Positions 26,125 through 40,051 of a stretch of DNA of 64,000 nt are shown in pieces. A program made the position numbers and the translations under genes. Each line of letters begins with the position of its first letter. Positions within the stretch are counted from its first letter, which is position 1. The notes under the pieces are model-generated. The model saw only the letters and a list, made by a program, of their open reading frames with translations. It did no database searches and had not been told where the DNA came from. Origin of the DNA: Octopus sinensis (lineage: Eukaryota). Location: the NCBI RefSeq assembly GCF_006345805.1, contig NC_042999.1:39494001-39558000 (forward strand). Reading direction: 5' to 3'.

Positions 26125-26810
26125 CGGCCAGCTAACTCACGCTGGTCTACGATGCATTAGCGCCAATCTTGACTTTATATAATCTCTGTTGAGTTAAAAT
26201 CTTCCTTGGATGTGTGGGTTTGAGTGGAGTGATTATTGGGACTTTATGGTTGGTTGTCATAGAGATGTGTTTGGATTAATTTTTATTGATCAAATGTGTG
26301 TCTATGTTAATGTTTAGAATATATAGATAAGTGTAGAACTTTGTAAATTAATGTGTAGGTGTTTCTTTTGTTTGATAGTCAAAGTGTGTGACAGTATTAT
26401 TGTTGCTTTTGGTATTATTAGATTTAATCCTTTTGCTTTGACAATGTTAATGTCAAAGATACAATGTCCAGTATAGAGTAATTGGGTATGTGAAATTTTT
26501 TCACAAAAATTTAGTTAGGCAGTAAGAGTTAGCTGGTCATTTCTTCAGTTGTTTTGTAGGGTGTAAGGTTGAGGTTATTAATCACGTATGTTATGGTTTT
26601 GTTAGTATAGAAAACTGTCTCTCATGTGCTTTGGTGTTCACGGACAAAGGTAGTACATCTATATGATATTCTCTCCGTGTTCATTGTTCTATCAGCAATT
26701 TGATTTGTAAATAGGGACTTTAACCTTCACGTTTCATGTAGGTAGGGTTTAACTGTTGTTTGTTTATAAATTATTTTCAAATTCTTTGCTAGATATTCGC
26801 TATAATGGAA
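26125..26810 (-). mobile_element. Decayed PLE C-terminal (GIY-YIG-like) remnant
   Basis: Compositional bias and a weak motif (SYCL.....QLLYTGH, near the usual Y.I.C..C..YIGQT); highly degenerate. Confidence 0.35.
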
Positions 26811-28069
26811 CTGATATAGAACGTGTGTATATATTCATTAAAGTAATTGGAACAAATATAAAATAAAATATAATAGAATTAAAAAAAATATGAGCGAAAG
26901 TATTAAATCCAATAATATCAACAGCAACAAAAATACTGTCACAACTTGCGCCTGCCTAACAATAGAGAAAACACAAATATTTACAAATTCTACATGAATG
27001 AATTAATTCTAAACGGTAACATTCATAAAAATTTCTGCAAAGCACCATTCCATAACAACCAAACGTACAAACGTAGTTACCACAACACCCAAATCTACAA
27101 ACACATGGAATATTTTCTGTTTCCAGTAAGAAATACTTTACTGAAAATAGTCTTGCGATATCTAAGCACATGAATGCATAGTCTAGTACACAAACCATTT
27201 TCTTTTTATAATCACACTGTTTTAAAAGAATATACAGGAATAGACATTCTCACTCTGGTTTTATTGACGTAAATGCACTGCCGAACGTAACCAAGATATC
27301 AGATGTTCCCTAAATATTTAAATTCTACGAGAACTTCTCTTTTAGTAAAGGTAAACCAAAAACCACATGAACAAAGGTAAAAAATAACTCATAGTAAATA
27401 CGAACACCAAACTAATGTATCCCATATTTAGTTGCCTAACGAATATTGCGGATTTGATACCTGGGTACTACTGTTCAGTCAGATGATATTGCAGTGTTAA
27501 AAATTATATACTGCTGGTCTGGAACTAATAAACAATAAGCAGAGGTTTTCGCAATATGTCCATTACATTTACACTTGTTTGTTACACAAATACAAACACC
27601 GAATATTCAACATAAATACTTACGCACATAAACATTTAACATTTATCCCCATTTAAACGTGGATGCCCTGTGAGAACAAACTTTATTGCGGTAGATACCA
27701 TGAGAAACACTCTCATATGCAAAACTGTACACTTGTTTATATATCAAACAGGAAGGTTAAGTCTCCACAATTTCCAACGTTGAGACCGTCAGTTCACGTG
27801 ATTTCAACCTTCTTTTATCTCGTCACTGATGAACAATTTTTGATCACAAAATAAGTAGGCAGAGAGTGGGAAGGAAAATTAACTAGCGGTGTGAACATAT
27901 TAATTCGAGGAGACATTACGGAAAATAAATATATATTGATATGAAATAGTATACAAAATGACAACCTAATATATTTGTTAGTTGTGACATTTGTAGAGAA
28001 TTGTGAGTTCTAAAGTAGCTCATCAGGTTAAAACTTTGACTACTAAATTCATGATATATATATTCTTTT

Positions 28070-28451
28070 GGAAGCACTCCGTCGGTTACGACGATGAGGG
28101 TTCCGGTTGATCCAATCAACGGAACAGCCTGCTCGTGAAATTAACGTGTAAGTGGCTGAGCACTCCACAGACACGTGCACCCTTAACGTAGTTCTCGGGG
28201 ATATTCAGCGTGACACAGAGAGTGACAAGGCCGGCCCTTTGAAATACAGGTACAACAGAAACAGGAAGTAAGAGTGAGAGAAAGTTGTGGTGAAAGAGTA
28301 CAGCAGGGATCACCACCATCCCTGCCGGAACCTCGTGGAGCTTTAGATGTTTTTCACTCAATAAACACTCACAACGCCCGGTCTGGGAATCGAAACCGCG
28401 ATCCTACGACCGCGTGTCCGCTGCCCTAACCACTGGGCCATTGCGCCTCCA
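28070..28451 (-). mobile_element. SINE family C (tRNA-derived head)
   Basis: Minus head TGGAGGCGCAATGGCCCAGTGGTTAGGGCAGCGG...GGTTTCGATTCC has A- and B-box-like motifs. Confidence 0.9.
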
Positions 28452-29351
28452 CATGATATATATATATATAAACATTGTACAGCATGTGAGAGAGTGCGGT
28501 GATGTTGAAAGTCAACGATGTTTTCGTACAACTCCGTTTAAATCACGTTGTAATCCAATCGGAGAAAATATTGTTACACCGTTTCAGTTGTGGTTATTAA
28601 CACTGTATCTTGATTCTAGAGTGATAACTGAAGTTTATTCTGAAAACGACCCATAAATACAAGAATATGGCTCGACTGTCTACAGTAGCTGACGTGTGTC
28701 ACAAGTAGTTTTGTATTTAGTCACCGCAAATAAATACAGAGTATAAACAGAAAATGTTAATGATCTCCACAGTTATGCTAACGGTATACGTTAGGTCTAC
28801 TGAAAGAAAAATGTGCGAGGTGTAAATACAAGCAAGGTAACGATTCAGGAATATACTGGTCGTTTAGTATAAGTATTTCAGCATACAAGTTAGTGATAAG
28901 AAGACCATGATGGTCTTTGATCTTTAAAATATATATAGAGAAAACCAAATAGGCGATGGATATTGTGAAGAAGACTCATGATATTACCGGAAAGAAGGTT
29001 GAACTTGAAGGGGAAGAGAATCAGGAAAGCGGAAGTGAGGGTGAGTGTCGCAGCATAATATTAGCATTAATGAAAAGAATACTATCACTAAGACTTCTAC
29101 CATTAACACAACTATAAATAGCCACAGGAATAACTTCACTAATATCACTCCCTCTACTACTACCAATGATACCACAATTGCTGCAGCTATTCCTGCTGCT
29201 GGTGCTGCAACAACTATTACTACTGATACTACCAGTATTATTACTAATTCTACCACCACTACTACCATTAGTACGACTAGTTCCACTACTAATAATCATA
29301 ATAATAATTATATCAGCGACGCTAACAATGATAAGGACGATAATAACAATA

Positions 29352-29585
29352 CCTATTTCTTTACTACCCACAAGGGGCTGAACACAGAGAGGACAAACAA
29401 GGACAGACAAACGGATTAAGTCAATTATATCGACCCCAGTGAGTAACTGGTATTTAATTTATCGATCCCGAAAGGATGACAGGTAAAGTCGACCTCGGCG
29501 GAATTTGAACTCAGAACGTAACGGCAGACGACATACCGCTAAGCATTTCGCCCGGCGTGCAAACGTTTCTGCCAGCACGCCACCG
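29352..29585 (-). mobile_element. SINE family B
   Basis: Reverse complement of the copies at 31194 and 56304. Confidence 0.9.
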
Positions 29586-30049
29586 GGCTTTCATATCGAT
29601 ATTAGTAACTAAGGCAATAATAACCGCAATATCACGATCAATTCATCTAATACAAATGTAGCCACTACCAGCACTATCTTATATATCCCTCAAATTAACC
29701 ATTATAAAACTGATAACTTCAACTTCAGACCAATAACGACTGCTCGCTACAAGCCCAATGAAGAAGATTCAACGTCGTATGCAAATGCACCGTTCACAAT
29801 ATAGTAAATAACTCCTGTTGCTATTACTTGGATGTAGCACTTACTTTAAGCAAGGCTATTACGCTCATTTAAACTCGTTTAAATATAAAGCGAAAAGCAA
29901 TTACACATCACTAGCTAGCCACGTGCACCACCTAATTAATAAAAAAAAATACACAGTATAAATTTTCCTGGGTTATAAATGGATTTCCATATCAGGGCCA
30001 AAGCTCAATTTGTGGGTTCTGCTTCAAAGAGGCCCTCAAAATTTTAACC

Positions 30050-31140
30050 CACAACTCACCACAATTGCTTAATAAATACAACAAATTCTCCCACACTTTC
30101 AAATTATTTCATAAATCTAAATGTAAGTTCACCCAACCCCCCACGAGCAACACACACAAACGAATAGCACACACACATGCCCTAGGATCATTATCACATA
30201 CACCTATATATCTCCTATATTTTTTCTTTCTATACTTCTATATCTCTTATTTGTGTCTTACCTCACCACTATATGAAATATATATTATTTCCTTAATTTA
30301 TTTAAAAACTTAATCTAAAAAATGCCCTAATATAAAATCCACTAATAACTATCTCTTACTCCTAGTCATACATAATTCTTTATTCCTTTAGCTCCTTCAT
30401 TCGCGATTACCCCCATACCTATAACACTGTTCTAAAAATAACTCTGCAATCACTGATCTTAGTTAAAATAGACATTAGTACTTACTACTAATCCCCCCCA
30501 GCACTCTTTGACAATCAATACTTTTTAATTTCCCTATCCTTTTACCATATCTTCCACTACCTCCCCATCCTCTCTATTATCCTCTCGGCTACGTGGTTCA
30601 CATTTCTTAGACACCATACAGAGATACATAATTTATCCTTAAGGCAATCCTTAAATTATTCCCTCAGGCCTTCAATCTATCTAACTCTATCTTTCTTTCT
30701 CGCAATTTATTTATTTATTTAATCATTTATTTGTTTCCTTTACTCTTATCACTTAAAAACCTTCTACAAATTTGCCATTGAACGTTGAGATGTTCGTGTC
30801 CCGTTTCCTTTATGGGTCGTACCATGTCAAGAACTTAACCCACAAGCATCTACGCAGGATTACTACCAAGGACATATACCTATGGATATACTGAGGATAC
30901 CACCTCAGGGTTCAAGCTCTTGTTTCTTTAACATCATGAAGCTAAATTATAAACTTTTATGCCACTTTTCTCTTCTCTCTTATCTCTCCATCTCCTTATT
31001 CCTTTAAATCACTTCCTGTGTGTAGTCATCTCATTAATATGTACAACTTTCTTTTTTCCCTATTTTCCCTATTTGTATCTTTTTACGAAATATCCCATAC
31101 TCGATGATATCCCAGAAAAAGCTGTAAGACATTAATGCTT
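30050..31140 (+). mobile_element. Decayed PLE-associated pyrimidine/CA-rich tail ending in a partial hammerhead 3' half
   Basis: Ends ATATCCCAGAAAAAGCTGTAAGAC, shared with the modules at 52.3 kb and 60.7 kb. Confidence 0.4.
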
Positions 31141-31193
31141 TCCAATTTTATATAATTTGAGGTATCTGCCATGTCTTAATGCTGGTTTTCCTC

Positions 31194-31643
31194 GGGGTGA
31201 GCTGTCAGAAACGTTAGCAGGCTGGACGAAATGCTTAGAGGTATTTCGCCCGTCGCTACGTTCTGAGTTCAAATTCCGCCGTGGTCGACTTAGCCTTTCA
31301 TCCTTTCGGGGTCGATTAAACAAGTACCAGTTACGAACTGAGGTCGATGTAATCCACTCGATCCCCTTGTCTGTCCTTGTTTGTCCCCTCTATGTTTAGC
31401 CCCTTGCGGGCAATAAAGAAATAAGAAACGTTAGCACGCCGGGCGAAATGATTAGCGGTACTTCGTCTGTCGTTACGTTGTGAGTTCAAATTCCACCGAG
31501 GTCGACCTTACCTTTCATCTTTTCGGGGTCGATTAAACAAGTACCAGTTATGCACTGGGGCCGATGTAATCGACTTGATATCTCTTGTCTGTCCTTGTTT
31601 GTCCCCTCTATGTTTAGCTCCCTTGAAGGCAATAAAGAAATAA
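31194..31643 (+). mobile_element. SINE family B tandem dimer
   Basis: Two head-to-tail units, each ending GTCCTTGTTTGTCCCCTCTATGTTTAGC...CAATAAAGAAAT. Confidence 0.9.
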
Positions 31644-31834
31644 ATATATATACTCATACACACTTCGGTACTTGAACACTTACGTCACCCTGACAACACT
31701 GAAATTCTACAATGCTGTCTTATTTCAAAGGGATCTCTATGTGCTTGTAGCTAATCATTCTCTGGTGCCTTATGTATCGATGTTATTAAAGATATGTATG
31801 TACACCAGCCAACGTCCTCCTATTACAGATACAT

Positions 31835-31963
31835 ATCTATTTCTTTACTACCCACAAGGGGACAAACAAGGACAGACAAACGGATTAAGTCGATTACATC
31901 AACCCCAGTGCTTGACTGGTACTTAATTTATCGACCCCGAAAGGATGAAAGGCAAATTCGACC
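31835..31963 (-). mobile_element. SINE family B 3' fragment
   Basis: Reverse complement of the family B tail. Confidence 0.8.
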
Positions 31964-32569
31964 CCTGAGTTTTAAGACTTTAGCTCTTATTTCTAGCAGG
32001 TGGGTGCTTGTTTAAGCATCCTAACGCTCCATACAAATTTATAATTCACAGATATTTAATGATATTGCACCTGCGATCCACCTATGTCACTACTGGTGAT
32101 ATCATCAATTTTAAAATTTATTCAAAGATGATATGAACAGTAGTGACATGTGATCTCGAACCTCAGTGTTTGAATGTTTTGCTTATATATAAATATAAAT
32201 ATAAATATAAATATATATATAATTATCCCCCAAAAGCCCACCCCACGCACACACACATTCCTACTCCATCTTCCCTATCCTCCCCTTCGCACCCCACCCC
32301 AGCCATTACACCCTCTCCCACATACCCCACCTCTACTCCCACCTTCTGCCTATCCACAAACCTCACCTCTACCTCCATCGTATGACTACCCACATATCCC
32401 AAAAATAAAATACTGTTCTTTTCCTTTAGAGTATATTAGTTTTTTGAGAATCTTTTATACATGAGACTATTTCCCTTTCTCAGAGCTGTTCGTAATTGTC
32501 GTTTGGTTTTAAGATAATTCTCATAAATCACCAAGAATATATCTATTATGCTTTTTGGCATACACATGA

Positions 32570-32619
<50 letters not shown>

Positions 32620-32665
32620 CTCTCATCTACCTCTGTCCTTTCATGTATACATATACATATATATA

Positions 32666-32741
<76 letters not shown>

Positions 32742-32744
<3 letters not shown>

Positions 32745-33140
32745 TTATATATAAAAGAGAGGTTGTGTGCTGTCTGTCTCCTACGATTTAGATTCCTAAC
32801 TACTCCCACATTTTGCGGTGCAGTTTAAGCAAAACCGGGTATCTTATAGTCGTGATTCATATCGAGCCTTTCTGTTTATTAGCGCACGTCTACAATGAGT
32901 CTACGATTTAAAAAAAAAATTAACATCAATTTCTTCCCATTTTTAATGCATTTTTGGCATGTATAAGGGAAATAACTCTCTAAAAAAATATTATTAAATC
33001 TCAGAATGTAAAAAGCTACAGTAATACCCACCCCCCTTTGTGGTTAGCCATATTGAGATGGCTATTATACTTTACATCTCTAAAAATGCTTATATAGTTA
33101 TTTTCCTTACAAACCCGAGCAACGCCGGGCGATACTGCTA

Positions 33141-33141
<1 letters not shown>
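32742..33141 (+). mobile_element. Non-autonomous Helitron (400 bp)
   Basis: 5' TC(TTTATATATAAAA), 3' GC-rich hairpin CCCG-AGCAACGC-CGGG (33114-33129) 8 nt before the terminal CTAG, inserted between A and T, no TSD. Confidence 0.85.
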
Positions 33142-33212
<71 letters not shown>

Positions 33213-33825
33213 ATAGGTGTGTGTGTGTGTGTATAACCATATACCAGTGCAGCAATCGTTTACAGATTTATGATTTTGCATTGTAAAATTATATTACATG
33301 AAATATAATAAACACACTTATATAGCACTTGATTCCTTCTATGAATACAGATATATCAGATAATAAAATATTTCCCTCGCAAATCATATTTCAGATTTAA
33401 ATAAGGGTTCAAGCTTAAATTTTATGTTTAGAAATCGTTTTGATTTTGAACGGTTTTCAACAAGTGTTTAATAACTTGTTTTCACACAATATAGTATATT
33501 TATTTATAATTTCCCATCTCTTTGAAAGTTAAAATTCAATATCGAATACCCGTTAATTGTTCGATTAAAGCAATTCCTTTTAAGTGTTATGGTCGTCTTG
33601 TTTATAGCATTCATTATCAAACGTATAACACTATCATTATCGTTATTCAGGTAATACATACATACACACGTTATGTATATACACACATATATACATATAT
33701 ATGCATATATATACATATCAATTTATATATATAGAAATATATATGTATATATGTATATATATATATAGATAGATATATAGATATATAGCTATATATATAT
33801 ATTTATCTATATGTGTATATATACC

Positions 33826-33889
<64 letters not shown>

Positions 33890-34059
33890 AGTGTGTGTGT
33901 GTGTGTGTGTGTGTTGTTGCTGTTGTTGTCGTTGGAAGCGTTTTATATTATAATCATTTATCATTTAAAACAAATAACAGGATTATATATCTCATTTGAA
34001 TCTTCAATCGTTTCAAGTTTTCATCAGTAATATCACAACCAAATTCCTCCTCCACCACC

Positions 34060-34122
34060 TCCTCCTCCTCTTCTTCTTCTTATTTTTATTATTATCATTA
34101 TTTATTATTATTATTATTATTG

Positions 34123-34184
<62 letters not shown>

Positions 34185-34205
34185 TATTATTATTATTATT
34201 ATTAT
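34060..34205. repeat. (TTA)n tract with a (CTC/CTT)n lead-in
   Basis: Direct inspection. Confidence 0.95.
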
Positions 34206-35275
34206 AAATTACCCTTCTCGTATTACCTGGTCTTCTTCTGTCCGTTATGTTTTCCAACATTTCATAGTCTTTCGTATAAGGCGTCTCATGTTTTCTGCTA
34301 CTCTACACATTTCCAAGAGTATGGTAACATATTGTAGGCGTTTAGAAAATTTATCCATATCATGTACAAATTTGCGTGCCTCCTTTTGCAGTTCTGATAA
34401 TTAGCTTAGTAATTAACAGCTAATCTTTCGTTCTCCAGTTCCTCTTTCAGCAACATATATGTTCAATACCTAGCGGCCAATTTTGTTGTAAGTTTACCGG
34501 CCAAAACAACTGACAGTAATCTCCACGCTTGCAGAAGACATTTATTGGTCGAAAGCTGAATACAATTATACTTTTTAAGATTTTCACGCATAACAATGTT
34601 GTTCCTTGTGTCTTCCAGGTGGCTACTGATCCTTCATGCAAGCACTTTTCTAGCTGTATCGTTCTCCTTTCATGGACTCATCTCAGCATATTCTTGCAGT
34701 TACACTGGACGGCATCCTTTGTTGGGCTCCTCCAACTGGGAATTTTACTTATGTCTTTTCATTTTTACTCTATTTTGCCTTGACATTATATTTCTTAAGT
34801 TATCTTGGATTACAGGTAGCCAGCCTGCTTTACCATTATTCTTTAGAGATTAATCCCAGATTTCTGCCCAGAATGCTCAGATTTTGTCTGCATCATGTAC
34901 CTATGTTAGGTGTAATTGCTCATCATGCTAACGAAACATTTTTTTTTCTTATTTCTTTAGAAAAACCCTCTTTTGGCTGAAACGATTTGTTCTAATGTCT
35001 TATTTTTCCAGTTGTGCCTCGACTTTTAATTCTCTTTGTTTTAATTCTTCGATGATCATAATATTCATCTCTTATTCTATATGTTCACTCCAGTCTTATT
35101 CCCCTCTTTTCAATCTATCAGCTTGTCCCAATATTTTTCTTTACACAAAATTCGTCCTCTTGTTTTGTATGAATCTGATAATTTTGCCTTCAGTTATAAT
35201 TCCTGTCCAAGAACAGGACCTATTTTCTCAGTTGCTGTTTTACATTGCACCTCTCAATGTGCGTAATATTGGGGT
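34205..35275 (-). mobile_element. Old R4/Dong-like non-LTR RT fragment
   Basis: Minus translations KISNWRSP..., WKTQGTTLL....FRPI..., TKD*LLI..., NCKRRHANLYMIWINFLNAYNMLPYSW match R4-clade RT motifs (YRPITCL, KDQLLI, MAWIDY.KAYD..PHSW). Confidence 0.75.
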
Positions 35276-35310
35276 GTGTTGTTGTTGTTGTTGTTGTTAA
35301 TATTATTATT

Positions 35311-35779
35311 GAGTGAGAGAGCAGTGCATGCCATCAAAGTGACACTGCGTAAAATATACGAAGCCCAGTATTACCCATCATGACAACCCGTCGGATAAGG
35401 GTACACCAGGCACATGCATCACAGCTATATGTGCGCGACATGGTGATCTCATATCAAGATAAACAACACATGACCTTGCAGGTGGGGCCCAGTTAGAATT
35501 TTCCTCTTGTCGAGTAACCCATCCTGCTCAAAAGGTCCTTCAATAAGGGTTGTTTAAGGATATTGAATGAACACCCAGGTTTCCAGACATGAATTAATCA
35601 AACCCCAAAGAATCACTCTCAGCACATGGCTACGATGCTCCCTCACTACTTCTGCTCGTGATCAGAGATGCACACATCGTCAGCCACTAAGAGACATGCT
35701 CAACTGGTTAAGGTCAAACAACTGACAAGCAAATCTGTGGTATTGAGCAGAATATTTGCTGTAGCCCGTCTTTTATACC

Positions 35780-35780
<1 letters not shown>
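35311..35780 (-). mobile_element. Non-coding (AAT)n-tailed retroposon, copy 1 (5'-truncated)
   Basis: Same family as 38289 and 40929; minus 3' end ...GCACTGCTCTCTCACTC(AAT)n; flanked by (AAT)n/(AAC)n. Confidence 0.8.
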
Positions 35781-35834
<54 letters not shown>

Positions 35835-35948
35835 CATTAATATTATTATTATTATTATTATTACTATTATTATTACTATTATAATTATTATTATTATTAT
35901 TATCACTATTATCATTATCATTATTATTACTATTACTATTATTATTAC

Positions 35949-35991
<43 letters not shown>
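35781..35991. repeat. (TTA)n tract
   Basis: Direct inspection. Confidence 0.95.
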
Positions 35992-35994
<3 letters not shown>

Positions 35995-38240
35995 TAGTAT
36001 ATTTTTTATATCGTGCTTTCTCTTCACTACCGAGCGCAGCTCTGGGTTCCTTGGGTATGTGCTGTGATTTGTTGTGATGCTCTGATGGTTATTGTATGGA
36101 AAGTGTTCTGCGTAGGATGTGTGCAGTGCCTAGTAGTGCAATTTTCTGTATGTTATATGTGTTTGTAAGTCCTTGTGTTTTTGTTATGTATTTGTCTTAA
36201 TTATTTTTTTATCATGCCTAATGCACCTATTATGATAGGAATTGTTTCTGTTTTTAGATTCCACATTCTGGTTACCTCTATTTCCCGGTCTTTGTATTTT
36301 GAAAGTTTCTCCATTTCTTTTAGAGACACGTTGTCATCCGCTGGTATTGATACATCAATTAGAAAACATTTTTTTCTTCATGATCTCTGACAACTATATC
36401 TGGTCTGTCGGCTTTAATTTCTCTATCTGTGTGTATTGTCATATCCCAGAGTATGGTTGCTTTCTCGTTTTCTGTGACCATTTCTGGTGTGTGCCTATAC
36501 CATCTTTTTTCTGTTGTTATTCCATAATGTTGGCATAGTTTCCAGTGTATATATGTCTCAACTCTGTCATGTCTGTGAATATATTCCTTCTTAGCCAGGA
36601 CTGGGCAGCCAGAGATAATATGATTTATTGTTTCTTGTCCATCTCCACATGTTCTGCAGTTACTTGTTATATTTCTTTTCATTACATGTTTTTGGTAATT
36701 TCTGGTGGGGAGGCTTTGGTCTTGTGCTGCAATTAAAAGTACTTCTGTCTCTGCTTTGAGCCCTGAGCTTCTCAAACATTGTTGGGATGTTTCTTTGTCT
36801 ATTTCTTTTGCATTTAGTTTAGTCCAGTAATTACCGTGAAGGGGATTTACTTGCCATCCTTTTATCATGGTTCGTTGTTGTTCTATTTTAGTTTGGATTT
36901 CATTTGTTTTATAGCTTTTGTTGTTTCTTCTTCTTCTTCCTCCTCTTCTTCTTCTTCTTCTTCTTCTTCTTCTTCTTCTTCTTCTTCTTCTTCTTCTTCT
37001 TCTTCTTCTTCTTCTTCTTCTTCTTCTTCTTCATATTTCTTAGTTGGTATGATTTCTTGTTTGTATTTGTCAGCTTCCTTAAATACTGAGAACAGTTTTT
37101 TGTTTTTCTCGTGTTTTGCCGCTACTTGTATCAGTTTTCCTTCCTTCTGAAGTAGATATTTTTGCAGTCCTATGGTGGTTATTTTATAGTAGTTTTCCAG
37201 CTGTATAAAGTTTCTACCACCATCTATACGTTGTATATATAGCCTTTGTATGTCAGATTTTGGGTGATGCATCCTAGATCCTGTCATTATTTTTCTTGTT
37301 TTCCTATGTATTTTGGTCAGTTCATTTAGTGTCCAGTTAAGGATATTGTAGCTGCAACTTATAACTGGGACAGCTAAAGTGTTAATACCTATTATCTTGT
37401 TTTTAGCATTGAGCTCTGTTTTTAGTATTGATCTAACTCGTCTATAATATTCTTTTTTTATCTTCTCTTTCATTTGTGTGTGTTGTGTCTTATCTAGTTT
37501 ATGGATTCCTAGGTATTTGTAAGTTTGGCTTTTGTCTAATTCTTTTATTTCATTGGTTTTATCTAGTGTGATTTGCTAATCTTAATTAGTTTTCGTCTTT
37601 TCAGGGTTACTTTGGCGCATTTCTCTAATCCAAATTTCATATCTATTTCTTTGGTAAATCCATGAACTGTCTTTTGTAGTGTTTCCAGCTGTTTGTCATT
37701 TGTAGCGTATAGTTTTAGGTCATCCATATATAAAAGGTGGCTGATCTTTTTGCCGTAACATTTATATCCGCATCCAGTTCTGTTTAGCATATCCGATAGA
37801 GGTGACAGTGCTAAGCAGAAAAGGAGTGGAGAGAGCGTATCTCCCTGGAATATTCCTCTTCTAATGGGGATGGCTTTGGTTTTCACAAGTCCCTCTTTTG
37901 TTTGGAGCTGTAGCACTGTTTGCCATTTATTCATAGAGTGTCCTATGTGCTTTATAATTGTTGGTACAACTTTGTTCATGGCTAGTGTTTCGAGAATCCA
38001 TGTGTGGGGGCTGCTATTAAACACCTTTTTGTAGTCGATCCAGGCCATACTGAGGCCTTTTTTCTTTCTGTGGCTGTCTTCAGTTATGGCTTTATTAATC
38101 ATTAGTTGATCTTTACATACATATGAGCCTTTGCGGCATCCTTTCTGCTCTTCTGGAAACAGGTTGTTTTCGTCCAGGTGCTTGTTCAATCTTTGCGATA
38201 TTACTGCAGTAAATGCTTTGTACATTGTAGGGAGACAATT
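35992..38240 (-). mobile_element. R4/Dong-clade non-LTR retrotransposon, 5'-truncated (RT, CCHC, restriction-like endonuclease), frameshifted
   Basis: RT motifs EQKGCRKG..KDQLMI, RGIFQGDTLSPLLFCL, HLLYMDDLKL; CCHC CRTCGDGQETINHIISGC; RHDRV; PDIVVRD; C-terminus KIALLGTAHILRRTL; 3' end ...ACTACTG(AAT)n; the 5' junction at CLPT is fused to (AAT)n. Confidence 0.95.
36925..37032. repeat. (TTC)n expansion inside the R4/Dong ORF, encoding about 35 Glu
   Basis: Direct inspection; in frame in ORF 36883..37473. Confidence 0.95.
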
Positions 38241-38247
38241 ATTATTA

Positions 38248-38288
<41 letters not shown>

Positions 38289-38753
38289 GAATGAGAAGCA
38301 GTGCATACCATCAACGTGACACTAGGCTACAAATATACGAAAACCAATATACATATCAATAACTACCCTTCTGATCAGAGTACACTAAGCTGCATGATCA
38401 CACAGATGGAGTCTAATTAATACTTTCTTCACGTCGAATAGCTCTCCCGCTCAAAAGATACCTGAATAAGGTTTGTTTACTGATGATAAACGAAATACTT
38501 ATGTCTCCAGAGGTGAATTATTCAAACCCCAAAGTGTACCTATCAACACACGACTATGATGCTCCTCCATTACTTCTGCTCTTGATCGAAAATGCACAAA
38601 TCATCAGCCACCAAGGTTCATGCTCGACTGACAAGCAAATCTGTTGTATTGAGCAGAATATATACTGTGACCCATTTTTTATACCAAGACAAATCATGTA
38701 AATTATAATACTTCAGATCAGTAAAGATCAAAAGCCATGAAATTCTCTGCCAG
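38289..38753 (-). mobile_element. Non-coding (AAT)n-tailed retroposon, copy 2 (diverged)
   Basis: Homologous to 35311-35780; (TTA)n on both sides. Confidence 0.75.
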
Positions 38754-38788
38754 TTATTATTATTATTATATTATTATTATTATTATTA

Positions 38789-38827
<39 letters not shown>

Positions 38828-39648
38828 TATTATAACTATCATCGAAATTCCAGTTTGACCGAACCCGTGTAATGCTTCGTGGCTTTTCATCCCTCCACTT
38901 GTTCGGAGTTCCAATTTGCATTTCATCCAATGTGTCACCATCCCCACAACCACCACCACTTTTGAACAAAACCACAGACATACTTGATAACATAAACATA
39001 AGCAAAGTCTAACATGAACCAATCCATGAACAACATGAGCAAAAAGAACACATATTCTTCATTGTCACACATAGAAACAGCAAAAACATACTAAAGCCTT
39101 TACATCATCACTTAAAAGTATTTCATCTCACCAACATATGACAAACCAACACTTAGGGAAATTATCCGAAGATAAAAAAAAATACAACGCCATGAAAAAC
39201 AAGTATCTTGATGAAATATGTAACACCATTTAACAAACAGGAGATAAGAATTTCTCACACTTAAAATTTATGTAATTTTTTTCTCACATGTATCGTTCTG
39301 TCGAATACAGCCTTGCAAAGGAGAAGCAGTATAGAAAGGCATGCTATGAGATCGCTTTTGAAGCAAAATCACTTGCTTCACATTTGTTTGTCTAGGAGGA
39401 CTTTCATTCTAGAGCCTATAGATAATTTCCAGGAATCCCTGTTCCGAAGAACAATGCCTATTGAGGTTAAATTCTACAGGCATGGTAGTGGTATCAGCTG
39501 TACCAACCCTAGAACTGTCCACGCTTACGTTTTACGCGAAAGAATGATCTGGCTAACGGCCCATGCTCTTATGAAGATCGTCCGGCGCTTTATTTTTCTC
39601 CTCCTCTTCTCCTCCTTCTCCTCCTCCTCCTCCTCCTTCTTCTTCTTC

Positions 39649-39697
<49 letters not shown>

Positions 39698-39719
39698 CAT
39701 TATTATTATTATTATTATT

Positions 39720-39975
39720 CTATGTTTGATTTTACTTTATATTTGTACAAGTTGGCTCCAAGTCTCACCCAGAGACCTCAAGAGACAACAGGTTGGAAGT
39801 TTGTGATGTTATTATACCTAGTGTGGCATATATTTGTTCTTGTATTTAGTGTTGTACTAGTGAATGTCTAAAAAAAAGAAAATTATGTTTGTTTTAAAAT
39901 TATGTTTGTTTTAAAACTTGAGATTACATAGAGAGTATTTTGCGTAAGATATGAGCAGTTCTCATGAGCACTATC

Positions 39976-39979
<4 letters not shown>
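39720..39979 (-). mobile_element. R4/Dong-like 3' end fragment (second subfamily), copy 1
   Basis: Minus translation KIVLMRTAHILRKILSM* followed by a 3' UTR ending AATCAAACATAG(AAT)n. Confidence 0.8.
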
Positions 39980-40049
<70 letters not shown>

Positions 40050-40051
40050 TT

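Noticed and set aside
28380-28451. tRNA gene (also 44960-45029)
   Set aside because: tRNA-like head continuous with a SINE body; no complete cloverleaf or terminator.
28984-29419. Thr-rich, mucin-like ORF 29045..29419 and the hydrophobic ORFs on the opposite strand
   Set aside because: Degenerate ACT/AAT triplet tract running into a SINE; no splice or domain support.
39313-39600. Unique-looking ORF start 39313..39729
   Set aside because: No recognisable domain or splice pair; runs into microsatellite; probably decayed retroelement sequence.
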